Shown here piece by piece: positions 19,915 to 28,948 of a stretch of 47,845 bases of DNA. The position numbers and the translations under genes are program-made. The notes under the pieces are model-generated. The model saw only the letters and a program-made list of their open reading frames with translations, did not search any database and had not been told where the DNA came from. The number at the start of each line of letters is the position of its first letter. Position 1 is the first letter of the stretch. Origin of the DNA: Candidatus Micrarchaeota archaeon (lineage in GTDB: Archaea > Micrarchaeota > Micrarchaeia > Anstonellales > Bilamarchaeaceae); assembly GCA_043816005.1 (NCBI GenBank), contig JBDRIM010000018.1, positions 1-47,845 on the forward strand. Reading direction: 5' to 3'.

Positions 19915-20856
19915 TCAAACCTTTTTATTCTTTATATACCATTCGACTGTTTGTTTTAAGCCTTCATCGAAGTTAACATTTGCACTAAAGTTGAATTCTT
20001 TTTTGGCTTTCGAAACATCAAGACAACGCCTTGGTTGACCATTTGGTTTTGATGTGTCCCAAACTAAATCACCATCGTATTGGATCAGATTTTTTAGTTT
20101 ATATGCCAACTCTTTTATTGAAATCTCCATTCCAGAACCAAGATTGACTGGATCTGGTTTTGTATAATGTTCAGCAGCCAATACGATACCACGTGCACAG
20201 TCAGTAACATAAAGAAATTCTCGGGTTGGGGTGCCGTCACCCCAAAAAATAACTTCTTTTAGGTCTTTCTCCTTTGCATCAACAAGTTTCCGAATCATAG
20301 CCGGAACAACATGAGAGGAATGTGGGTCAAAATTATCTCCAGGACCATAAAGATTAACAGCGAGAAGATGAATTCCCCTAAAGCCATATTGTTGATAATA
20401 TGCCTGAGTTTGGACTAACATGAATTTTTTTGCCATGCCATATGGACCATTTGTTTCTTCTGGATAACCTTCCCATAAACTTTCTTCTTTGAATGGGATT
20501 GGAGCAAATTTTGGATATGCACAAACAGATCCAAGACCAACAAACTTATCCACTTTATGACGATAGGAAGCATCAATTAGATTAAGTGCCATACTAGAAT
20601 TATCATAAAAAAATTCTGCTGGCTTTGCTTTTGTCTCTCCAATACCCCCAACTTTTCCAGCTAGATGGATTACTATGGTAGGTTTAGTTGAGGAAAATAA
20701 AGAATCAACATCAGAACGCTTTCTAAGATCATATTCAGAACTTCTTGGAACTACAATATTTGATGGGTTGTATTTTTTTAATTCGTCGACTACATTTGAA
20801 CCAAGAAAACCAGCACCACCAGTGACTAATACGATTTTATTTTCCAGATAGGACAT
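19915..20856 (-). CDS. fcl: GDP-L-fucose synthase / ColC-like epimerase-reductase
   Basis: [59 protein letters not shown]. Confidence 0.88.
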   Translation of the reverse strand: MSYLENKIVLVTGGAGFLGSNVVDELKKYNPSNIVVPRSSEYDLRKRSDVDSLFSSTKPTIVIHLAGKVGGIGETKAKPAEFFYDNSSMALNLIDASYRHKVDKFVGLGSVCAYPKFAPIPFKEESLWEGYPEETNGPYGMAKKFMLVQTQAYYQQYGFRGIHLLAVNLYGPGDNFDPHSSHVVPAMIRKLVDAKEKDLKEVIFWGDGTPTREFLYVTDCARGIVLAAEHYTKPDPVNLGSGMEISIKELAYKLKNLIQYDGDLVWDTSKPNGQPRRCLDVSKAKKEFNFSANVNFDEGLKQTVEWYIKNKKV

Positions 20857-22825
20857 TTGTATTAACCCCTTCTTTTTTCATATCTTCTTCAACCATCATT
20901 TTCACTAATTCTTTAAATGAGACTTTTGGTTTCCATCCAAGAAGTTCATGCGCTTTTGAAGCATCTCCCTTAAGAAAATCAACTTCAGTAGGTCTGAAAT
21001 AACGCGGGTCTATCTTCACATAATCCTGCCAATTTAAACCAACGGATGTGAATGCATCAACGAGAAATTCTTTAACAGAATGGGATTCTCCAGTTGCAAC
21101 AACAAAGTCTTCTGGTGTTTTATGTTGCAAAATAAGCCACATTGCTTCACAGTTACCAGAAATAAAAATACAATCCTGGTCTCTTGTGATAATTGTTCCA
21201 TTGCCTGTATTCACACACCATACATCAAAAATCCCATCATTATTCTTTTCTATCTCTTGGATATAAGTATAATTTTTCCTATCTGAAATTACAGAAACAA
21301 CGTAGTTATCTCCATTCATAGTTATTGAAGATGTTCTATAACCGGCTAAATGTGCAATTGTTTGAAAATCTGTAGCTAATAAATATCTCTTACTAGAATA
21401 GGTTAGAGCCCCCCAATGACCATCACAATCCATAAGAGCAGTAAATAAGATTTTGCTTTGCCTTTGACTAAAAGTAAAGAGATATCTTGGAGCAATGTGC
21501 ATATTTGGGGAATCGAATAACTGCAAAACTTTTTTCGATGTTTCGGCATCAAATATCCATTCTGTAACCCCATCATTTCTATTTCGTTCTCTAAAATTAT
21601 ATTTCAACTTTTTCAAAATATCATTTATTTTTTTATGTTTATTTTCATTGCTTATGAAGGACTGAGATATGGAAATTCTAACCCCGCGGCCTTGAGCCTC
21701 AGTGTGGGACATGTGGCCTTCCGCCAATAAAGCACCTAATAGGTATATTTCATCGTCGCTTATAATTTTATTATCTGTTTTATTATAAAAATTAAATGGT
21801 GGGAACCTAAAATCGTATTTAGTTCTAATTGAGATATTTTTAAATAAGGCATACAGTTCTCCTGCGGTGGTTGTTTTCCACTCTGACCATCCACCTTTAG
21901 ACTTTTTTGATTTACGCTGATAGTAAATTCTATGATTAGGAGTGCATTTTAGATAGACTCCCCTTCCTTTTATAATTATTTTATCACCAGAACAATCAGT
22001 ATAGATTATTTTGTTTATTTTATCAGTTTCTAGGGAATTTGTTTTAGGATTAAAATTTATTATCTCATCGTTCTCTGATAGCTCATTATGGTACTTCCAT
22101 CCATTAGGAGTTAATATCGGAACATCTTTGTTAATACAATAATCCCCTGCAAAGCCCCAATCCCTCTTTGCTTCAAGATTACCAAGATAAAGATATTTGT
22201 CTTTTTTTGCTAATATCCTAGCAAGACCGCGGGTGATTTTTTTTGTAACGAAAGTTTCGCCTCGTCTTGGTGATTCATGATTGAAAAGGATACCATTTGT
22301 TGCAAACATACCATATGCCTCACGATAATTCACCGTAAGATGGTAGGCAAACACTTTGGCACATGCATAGGGACTTCTTGGGTGGAAGAGTGTTTGTTCA
22401 TTTTGTGGTGGTGGAGAGGAACCAAACATTTCACTGCTTGAGGCTTGATAGAATTTTATATTTGACTTGCCTCTGCGAATAGCTTCGAGAATACGAATAG
22501 CACCAAGACCAGTAATATCAGCTGTATATTCTGGGATATCAAAACTCGTACGTACATGTGATTGAGCACCCAAATGATAAACTTCGTCTGGTTCTATTTT
22601 TTTCAAAATTTCAGCTATTGAACTGCCATCAGAAAGATCACCATAATGTAAAAAGAATTTAGTTTTGGGATCATGTGGATCTCGGTAGATATGATCAATA
22701 CGGTGAGTATTGAATGTGCTTGCCCTTCGAATTATCCCGTGAACTACATATCCTTTGGAAAGTAATAGTTCAGCTAAATAAGAACCATCCTGACCAGTTA
22801 TACCAGTAATAAGTGCTTTTTTCAT
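20837..22825 (-). CDS. gmd: GDP-mannose 4,6-dehydratase, intein-containing (333-aa extein plus 329-aa intein)
   Basis: [59 protein letters not shown]-[intein]-[15 protein letters not shown]. Confidence 0.95.
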   Translation of the reverse strand: MKKALITGITGQDGSYLAELLLSKGYVVHGIIRRASTFNTHRIDHIYRDPHDPKTKFFLHYGDLSDGSSIAEILKKIEPDEVYHLGAQSHVRTSFDIPEYTADITGLGAIRILEAIRRGKSNIKFYQASSSEMFGSSPPPQNEQTLFHPRSPYACAKVFAYHLTVNYREAYGMFATNGILFNHESPRRGETFVTKKITRGLARILAKKDKYLYLGNLEAKRDWGFAGDYCINKDVPILTPNGWKYHNELSENDEIINFNPKTNSLETDKINKIIYTDCSGDKIIIKGRGVYLKCTPNHRIYYQRKSKKSKGGWSEWKTTTAGELYALFKNISIRTKYDFRFPPFNFYNKTDNKIISDDEIYLLGALLAEGHMSHTEAQGRGVRISISQSFISNENKHKKINDILKKLKYNFRERNRNDGVTEWIFDAETSKKVLQLFDSPNMHIAPRYLFTFSQRQSKILFTALMDCDGHWGALTYSSKRYLLATDFQTIAHLAGYRTSSITMNGDNYVVSVISDRKNYTYIQEIEKNNDGIFDVWCVNTGNGTIITRDQDCIFISGNCEAMWLILQHKTPEDFVVATGESHSVKEFLVDAFTSVGLNWQDYVKIDPRYFRPTEVDFLKGDASKAHELLGWKPKVSFKELVKMMVEEDMKKEGVNTNVLSGK
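21152..22138 (-). mobile_element. Intein with LAGLIDADG-type homing endonuclease inside gmd
   Basis: Starts at Cys230 ([14 protein letters not shown]); block B CTPNHR; endonuclease motifs LLGALLAEG and [10 protein letters not shown]; block F VWCVNT; ends FISGN followed by Cys+1; 987 nt in frame. Confidence 0.93.
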
Positions 22826-22886
22826 AATATCCCTTTATCGTTAGAAAGATTAATATGGAAATATCTAAAAGCTATCGAAATAAGAA

Positions 22887-23897
22887 TTAAATGCGATTTA
22901 TAAGTGATTTGTATTCTTTTGTAAATAATTTGATCATTTTTTCCTCTTCGAATTCTTTTGAGATTTTACGAGATTTTTTTGATAGCACAACGCGATCTTT
23001 TGACCTCATATTGAAATAATCAATAATAGACTTAGAAAGTTCTCTTTTATTACAACCAACAACCATTTTTGGAGCTAATTTAGCTACAATCTCTTTTGCA
23101 CCAGTTTGATCTGAAACGATAACTGGAACTCCACAAGCCATTGCCTCAAGAACAGAAACCGAAAAAACATCACTTCTGCTTGGTTGTATATATAATGCAG
23201 ATTGAGATAAAACTACCCCCAGATCTTCAACTTCTTTGAAAACTCTCATTGGGATGTTTTTATTGAATTTTTTTATTTCACTTTCATCCATACGAGTAAT
23301 CACATCCAATGAAACATCATGATAAATTTTACTGACTTCGGCAATAGCATCAAACAAAAGATCAATGCCTTTGTTGTAAGCATCAGTGGTAGCAATAATA
23401 GAAATTGTATGTGAATTGAGTTTTGGTTTTTGTTTTTTTAGACTTTTGAACCGTTCTGAAGAAATGAATGGATAAACTACTTTGATCGGAGCTTTTACAT
23501 GAAATTTATGTAAAACTTCTTTCCCAAATTCACCTAAAACCAAATGTCCATTGACTTCCTTGAGCAATGAAACTAGCATTTTTGCTTCTATCCCCTTAAC
23601 TCGTCCATTCAGAATATGTTGTAAAATTGGACCGCAGTTTATGTTGATTATTTTTGACTTGCCTAAAAGACCAAGCCTACGCTTCAAAGCAGGATAGAAA
23701 TAACAAGATTCGCATAAAATGTATTTGTAACTAGTAGGGATAGAGAGTGCAGCCTTAACAAGATTCATGGCCTTTAACGGCGCTGGTTGATTTTTAGTAG
23801 CTAGATTTTTGATTTGGAAAAAATCTGCTCCAATTGCTTCTCCAAAAGCTCGGTGAACAGGATGAGCACCGCTTAAAACCATTAAAGTATCAGACAT
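22887..23897 (-). CDS. Glycosyltransferase family 4 (GT-B)
   Basis: KGIDLL and PSRSDVFSVSVLEAMACGVPVIVSD (D/E-x7-E motif). Confidence 0.85.
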   Translation of the reverse strand: MSDTLMVLSGAHPVHRAFGEAIGADFFQIKNLATKNQPAPLKAMNLVKAALSIPTSYKYILCESCYFYPALKRRLGLLGKSKIININCGPILQHILNGRVKGIEAKMLVSLLKEVNGHLVLGEFGKEVLHKFHVKAPIKVVYPFISSERFKSLKKQKPKLNSHTISIIATTDAYNKGIDLLFDAIAEVSKIYHDVSLDVITRMDESEIKKFNKNIPMRVFKEVEDLGVVLSQSALYIQPSRSDVFSVSVLEAMACGVPVIVSDQTGAKEIVAKLAPKMVVGCNKRELSKSIIDYFNMRSKDRVVLSKKSRKISKEFEEEKMIKLFTKEYKSLINRI

Positions 23898-24183
23898 CAA
23901 ATGGACTTAGAAGAATTAGATTTAAATCTGCCTAGTTTGTTATATCTTGAACCATAATCAGATAGATAATCAAAAAACGAACCCGTAAAACCAAAGAAAT
24001 CTCGATAGTTGCACTATACCATTCTAACCCCAGATATCTAATTTGGTTGTTTGGTTTTGTTGTGCCGACTTGTTTTTTAGTTTAAAATGGAATAATTTGT
24101 TCGTGTAGGTATTTCTAATCTGGTAGAGTGACAGTCTATCCACATTTAAATTTATGTGTATAGAGGATAATGCAGGTGTATGG

Positions 24184-25476
24184 ATGAGTTTTGAAAATAA
24201 AAAAATCGTAGACTCTGATCTGGATGATTATCTTTTCCAACCTTCAGTAGATTCAGAAGAATATTTACTTGCTAAATACTACCTTGAGACAAATACAAGT
24301 GACCTTTATTCATGTGCTCGTGCATTAGCCATAGGACAAAGTATTGGTAACCCGAATGTAAGGAATGATTACGAAACAAGCGAAGTTTTCACACGTAATT
24401 TAGCCAAGATATTAGATAAAGATTTTAATCTTCGTTCGAAGAAACGAGGTGAAGTCACGATTGCATTCCCATTATCTAATTTCAATATCCCAGAAGAAGG
24501 GATTACTCAGATGCTTGTTGCCATGATGGGAGGCCAGATGGATATAGATATAATAGGAAAATGCGCATTGGAAGATATACAGTTCCCAAAAAAATACCTT
24601 GCACATTTTAAGGGTCCAAAATTTGGAGTTCATGAGATAAAAAAACGTTGTAAAGCTGAAGACCGGCCTCTTCTTGGAGGTATAATCAAACCAAAGATAG
24701 GAATATCTAAAGAAAAAATGCTGGACATCGTGCTTCAGATGCTTCGCGGTGGTGTAGATTTTATCAAAGAAGATGAGATACTTGGAAATCCAACTTTCTG
24801 TAAATTTGAAGACCGTGTTGAACTTATATCAAATGCAGTGAATGATTTTGCAGATAACGAAGGGCGAGACATTTTTTATGCGCCTTGTATAAATGCAGAT
24901 TACCCATATTTTGTAGACCGAGCAAATTTTGTCCATAAAGTTGGAGCTAAAGCAATGCACCTTAACTTTTGGGCAGGATTAGGAGCTTATAAATACCTAC
25001 GAGACCTTGATTTGAACCTTGCTTTATTTTTCCAGAAAAGTGGGGATAAGATACTTACCTCTAATAAAAACGCGTATTATATGTCGTGGAAAGTGATGTG
25101 TAAACTTGCACGCATAATGGGTGTTGATTTTATTCATGCAGGAATGTGGGGAGGTTATCTTTCCGACTCAAAATTTGATTTGACTGAAATTTTCAATGTT
25201 CTGAAAGGCCCATCTGGTTTCAAACCAGTAGTCCCAAGCCTCTCGTGCGGTAGTCATCCGGGGTTAGTACATTCAACAATATATAATTTTGGAAATGATT
25301 TGATGATGAATGTTGGTGGAGCGATAACTGGGCACCCACTTGGCATCGAAGCAGGTGCAAAAGCATTCAGACAGGCATTTGATTGCCTTAATGCAAACGA
25401 ATCTATGGACAAATATATGCTCAATAAACCAGAACTTAAATCAGCAATAGAAAAGTGGGGATTTGTTAGACCATAG
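24184..25476 (+). CDS. RuBisCO-like protein (form IV-like, probably non-carboxylating)
   Basis: GPKFG, RPLLGGIIKPKIG, GGVDFIKEDE, IHAG, SCG.HPG, GGAITGHP.G..AGAKAFRQA, A...WG; loop-6 Lys and His294 equivalents appear substituted. Start ATG 24184 with GGTG RBS. Confidence 0.88.
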   Translation: MSFENKKIVDSDLDDYLFQPSVDSEEYLLAKYYLETNTSDLYSCARALAIGQSIGNPNVRNDYETSEVFTRNLAKILDKDFNLRSKKRGEVTIAFPLSNFNIPEEGITQMLVAMMGGQMDIDIIGKCALEDIQFPKKYLAHFKGPKFGVHEIKKRCKAEDRPLLGGIIKPKIGISKEKMLDIVLQMLRGGVDFIKEDEILGNPTFCKFEDRVELISNAVNDFADNEGRDIFYAPCINADYPYFVDRANFVHKVGAKAMHLNFWAGLGAYKYLRDLDLNLALFFQKSGDKILTSNKNAYYMSWKVMCKLARIMGVDFIHAGMWGGYLSDSKFDLTEIFNVLKGPSGFKPVVPSLSCGSHPGLVHSTIYNFGNDLMMNVGGAITGHPLGIEAGAKAFRQAFDCLNANESMDKYMLNKPELKSAIEKWGFVRP

Positions 25477-25491
25477 AATGAGGTGAATAAT

Positions 25492-26244
25492 ATGAGTTCT
25501 ACTGAAGTGAATATTGTTATACCGATGGCCGGCCGCGGTAAGAGGTTTTTTGATAAAGGCTATAAAATTCCAAAACCATTGTTAGAGATAGATGGAAAAC
25601 GAATGGTAGAACATGTAATAAAAAATATGAACGTTCCTGGGGCAAAATTCATATTTCTCATACTTAAAGAACATGCAGAACAATATTCATTAGACAAAGT
25701 ACTTTCTGAGGTTGCACCTGGTTGTAAAATAATCCTAATTGATGAAGTAACTGAGGGTGCTGCTTGTACAGTGCTCAAAGCTGAAGAGTATATAGATAAT
25801 GACCATCCATTGATCGTAAAGGATTGTGATCAAATTGTGGATTGGGTTCCGGAAAACTTTTTCAAATTTATGAATAGAAATAACGCTGATGGCGGAATAT
25901 TAACAATACATACGGAGGACCATGGATTTAGTTTTGTAGAACCACTTAAAAAAAATAATGACTTTTTCTATGTGAATAGAACTGCGGAAAAAATGGCTAT
26001 AAGTAAAGAGGGGGCAACTGGATTGTATTATTTTGCCAAAGGATCGCATTTTGTAAAGGCTGCAAAACAGATGATAAGAAAGAATATACGAACCAATAAT
26101 GAATTCTACATTTGTCCGGTTTATAATGAGATCATAGATGATGGATTGAATGTGCTTTATTATCCAATAGCCGAAATGCTATCATTAGGGACACCAGAAG
26201 ATTTTGAGGCTAATAAGCACAAAGTAAAGAAAATTTTAAGTTAG
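25492..26244 (+). CDS. BcbE-like nucleotidyltransferase-fold (GT-A) protein
   Basis: NIVIPMAGRGKRF..GY..PKPL, TEGAACTVL, DCDQ, AEK..IS..AT.G.YYF..G..F, NNEFYICPVYN, LGTPED; 15 nt after the RLP stop with GGTGA RBS. Confidence 0.8.
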   Translation: MSSTEVNIVIPMAGRGKRFFDKGYKIPKPLLEIDGKRMVEHVIKNMNVPGAKFIFLILKEHAEQYSLDKVLSEVAPGCKIILIDEVTEGAACTVLKAEEYIDNDHPLIVKDCDQIVDWVPENFFKFMNRNNADGGILTIHTEDHGFSFVEPLKKNNDFFYVNRTAEKMAISKEGATGLYYFAKGSHFVKAAKQMIRKNIRTNNEFYICPVYNEIIDDGLNVLYYPIAEMLSLGTPEDFEANKHKVKKILS

Positions 26245-27647
26245 TTTTTAATTATTTTGGCCAACCTTTGCGGATAGTCAGTGCAAATGGCATCATACCC
26301 GTAATCTAATAATTTTCTCCAATATGCTTCAATATTATTTGAGGTTAAATTGTTGAGTTCTGGACTCGTAGCAATTGTTCTAATGCCAAGTTCTTTTGCT
26401 AAGTGGGGAATTTTTTGATCGAGAGTACCGATTACAGCTTCATCTACCCATAATATATCTGCCACTTCCAACTGTTTTTGAGATGGTAGTTTTGAATTTG
26501 CAGAGATATGAATAGCCACCAGGATATCCGAACGAATTGATTTGACCATCTCAGCAACAGGAATAGAATCTTCTTCAGTACCAAAAACAAAAACTCGTCG
26601 TTGAAGATTGTGTTTGACAATCCTGTCGCATATTGCAGATACGGCAGTTTTGTCTTTTACATGAATTGCACCAACCCCTATTGTACGTTTTGACAATTCA
26701 ACAAACGCTTCGTCCAGAGTCACAAGAGATTTATTTGCCTTACTAAGCTCATCGTGAGACAGTACCAATCTACCTTCTTTATCTTGACGGACATCGATTT
26801 CAACCCCAAATCCATTTTTGATAGATGTTTGAATTCCGGCAAGTGAATTTTCCTGTTCATTTGATTCACAAATTGCCCTATGAGAAATTATTGGAGATGT
26901 TGAAATAGTTGCACTAAGAACTTCACGCGTACATTTTAGGGGGCGATCAATCTGTGGAAATACTTTAATCGCATCCGGATTGCCCAATGAAGCAATAAAT
27001 TCACAGGTAATTGGAAGTATTTTCTTACCTTCGGAAATTAGTTCGTTATAAACTAAACTCACTAGATATGCACCATTGGCTGCGACCTTTTTTTTACTAA
27101 TCATGTTTTTTGCTGCCCTGACAAAATCACTTCCCTTAGTAAAGTATGAAATACATGCTGTCGAGTGGGTGGAAATTGGAATTTTGTCTTTTTCTGAAAC
27201 ATATGCAACATCACCATTCTTGTCATATTGCATATATCCACGATTGTAATAGTAGGATTCGAATGTTGGAATTGCACCATCGATAGTTTTAAGCTTGGCC
27301 ATAAAACCAGAAAGATCAAGATACTGGTCTGCAAGATCGATGAGTAAAGGTTTATCATTGTTAATTAGGTGTTCTGCAAGTAGAATGCTCTGTGGTGCAC
27401 CGCCAGTTTCTTTTTCTGCCCAAATTATTGTTATTTTATCTCCAAATAACTCTTTGAGTTTTGTGTCAATCAAATGTTGTTTTTGATGTTTTCTTAATAA
27501 GATAAATATTACTTGATCAAATGAAAATGGTCTGGATTCTGATATTTGTTGTATAAGCGGCTTGCCATTGACATCAACAAGACATTTGATTGTGCCACGA
27601 TCTTCAAAATTTTTATCAATACCGGCAAGTGGAATGACTATATTCAT
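26241..27647 (-). CDS. BcbE-like nucleotidyltransferase-fold domain fused to a glycerophosphodiester phosphodiesterase-like TIM barrel
   Basis: N-terminal NIVIPLAG, TGGA, ADQ, EK..IS, YF.KG..F, LVYN, LGNP; C-terminal ISHRA, ENS, GVEIDV, LSHD, SPEL, AICTDYP. Start moved to ATG 27647. Confidence 0.78.
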   Translation of the reverse strand: MNIVIPLAGIDKNFEDRGTIKCLVDVNGKPLIQQISESRPFSFDQVIFILLRKHQKQHLIDTKLKELFGDKITIIWAEKETGGAPQSILLAEHLINNDKPLLIDLADQYLDLSGFMAKLKTIDGAIPTFESYYYNRGYMQYDKNGDVAYVSEKDKIPISTHSTACISYFTKGSDFVRAAKNMISKKKVAANGAYLVSLVYNELISEGKKILPITCEFIASLGNPDAIKVFPQIDRPLKCTREVLSATISTSPIISHRAICESNEQENSLAGIQTSIKNGFGVEIDVRQDKEGRLVLSHDELSKANKSLVTLDEAFVELSKRTIGVGAIHVKDKTAVSAICDRIVKHNLQRRVFVFGTEEDSIPVAEMVKSIRSDILVAIHISANSKLPSQKQLEVADILWVDEAVIGTLDQKIPHLAKELGIRTIATSPELNNLTSNNIEAYWRKLLDYGYDAICTDYPQRLAKIIKN

Positions 27648-27721
27648 ACAATCAACTTTTCTTCTGGCAAATTTATAAAGAATTAAGTTTAATTGCATGA
27701 TGCTTATTAGATGTAGATAAA

Positions 27722-28948
27722 ATGAGGGAAAGTATGAACGTCGATAATCATATTTCATATAAAAAAGAGTTCATAAAGAAGAGAGCAAATACTCTGATAA
27801 TCACACCGATTTATCTGAATTATGAATTTTTATCTAAACATTTAGAACTGCTCTCAAAACAAACAATCCAAAATTTTGATGTTATCCTAGTTCTTAATGT
27901 AGTAACAGATGAGAAACGAGTTATGGAGGTAATAGATAAACAAAAACCAAAATATGGAATTGTAATGGTAAAGAGAAATGAAGATAATGGGTCCAGTGGA
28001 GGGTTTTTTGTTGGGGAAGTTTATGCGCTGGAAAATAATTATTCACTCGTGATTTATGCGGAAGATGATTGTCTACCAGAAGATGCAAATCTTATTTCTG
28101 AGATAGTGGATAACAGTAAGAAAAATGATTTTGGAAGCGCAAAAGTAAAACTTAAAGTTGATGACAACACATGGTTATATGGTGGAGGACTTCACATGTA
28201 CAGTTATGTGAAGACCAATGTACTTAGGAAAACTGGCTTACATTATCCACCAATATACCTTGGCGCAGATGACACAGAGATAGGAACTAAAATAGTTAAA
28301 ATTGTGGGTACTCCAAATCAAATAAAATGTGAAGTGAGTCACCCACATTCACCCCCATTATTCACTAATTTTAAAAGAAGTTTATTATATCGAGTAAATC
28401 ACATATTGTTTCACCAGTCATTCTTGAATGGTCTGTGGAATTTTGTTGTTCTTGACATCATTTATGTAATTTTTGGATCTCGTACAGTACGTAAAGCTGG
28501 GGCCACCATAGTTTCAAATGTTTTGGCATTTAGATTTGGAAAAGAAGCATTAGAAACTTTTGATGGTGATGTTGGACTATGCAAAAATGAAGAGGAATTT
28601 CAAAACAAGATTACGATTACAGCAAAAAATGAAGGATATCTCTACAATGTTAAAGAGAAAAAATTTGTTGAACTCTTTAGAGCTGCAAAATACTTAATAA
28701 GAAAAGAAATCTTGATCTATCCTGCACCACACGAATTAGTATTGTTATCTATGTTATTAGCAAAAAAAACATATATTGCATCGAAAAAAGGCTGTTGGTT
28801 GATGTCAGACAATAGTAATCTGTTTTTACATCTTATAAAATGGGTTTTGTTTGTTGGTTTCCTTCCAATGTTTATTTTATTTGGTTTGGTAGTTCTGGTG
28901 ATAAACACCTTCAGAAAGCCAAAAACATGGAGATATGGACTTGATTAA
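27722..28948 (+). CDS. Glycosyltransferase family 2 with C-terminal membrane segments
   Basis: IITPIY, DNGSSGGF..G, AEDD, Y.GADDTE, hydrophobic C-terminus. Confidence 0.72.
   Translation: MRESMNVDNHISYKKEFIKKRANTLIITPIYLNYEFLSKHLELLSKQTIQNFDVILVLNVVTDEKRVMEVIDKQKPKYGIVMVKRNEDNGSSGGFFVGEVYALENNYSLVIYAEDDCLPEDANLISEIVDNSKKNDFGSAKVKLKVDDNTWLYGGGLHMYSYVKTNVLRKTGLHYPPIYLGADDTEIGTKIVKIVGTPNQIKCEVSHPHSPPLFTNFKRSLLYRVNHILFHQSFLNGLWNFVVLDIIYVIFGSRTVRKAGATIVSNVLAFRFGKEALETFDGDVGLCKNEEEFQNKITITAKNEGYLYNVKEKKFVELFRAAKYLIRKEILIYPAPHELVLLSMLLAKKTYIASKKGCWLMSDNSNLFLHLIKWVLFVGFLPMFILFGLVVLVINTFRKPKTWRYGLD

Noticed and set aside
24184..25476. Bona fide CO2-fixing form III RuBisCO (AMP salvage)
   Set aside because: Equivalents of Lys334, His294, Asn123 and Glu60 appear substituted, and no AMP phosphorylase or ribose-1,5-bisphosphate isomerase is nearby.
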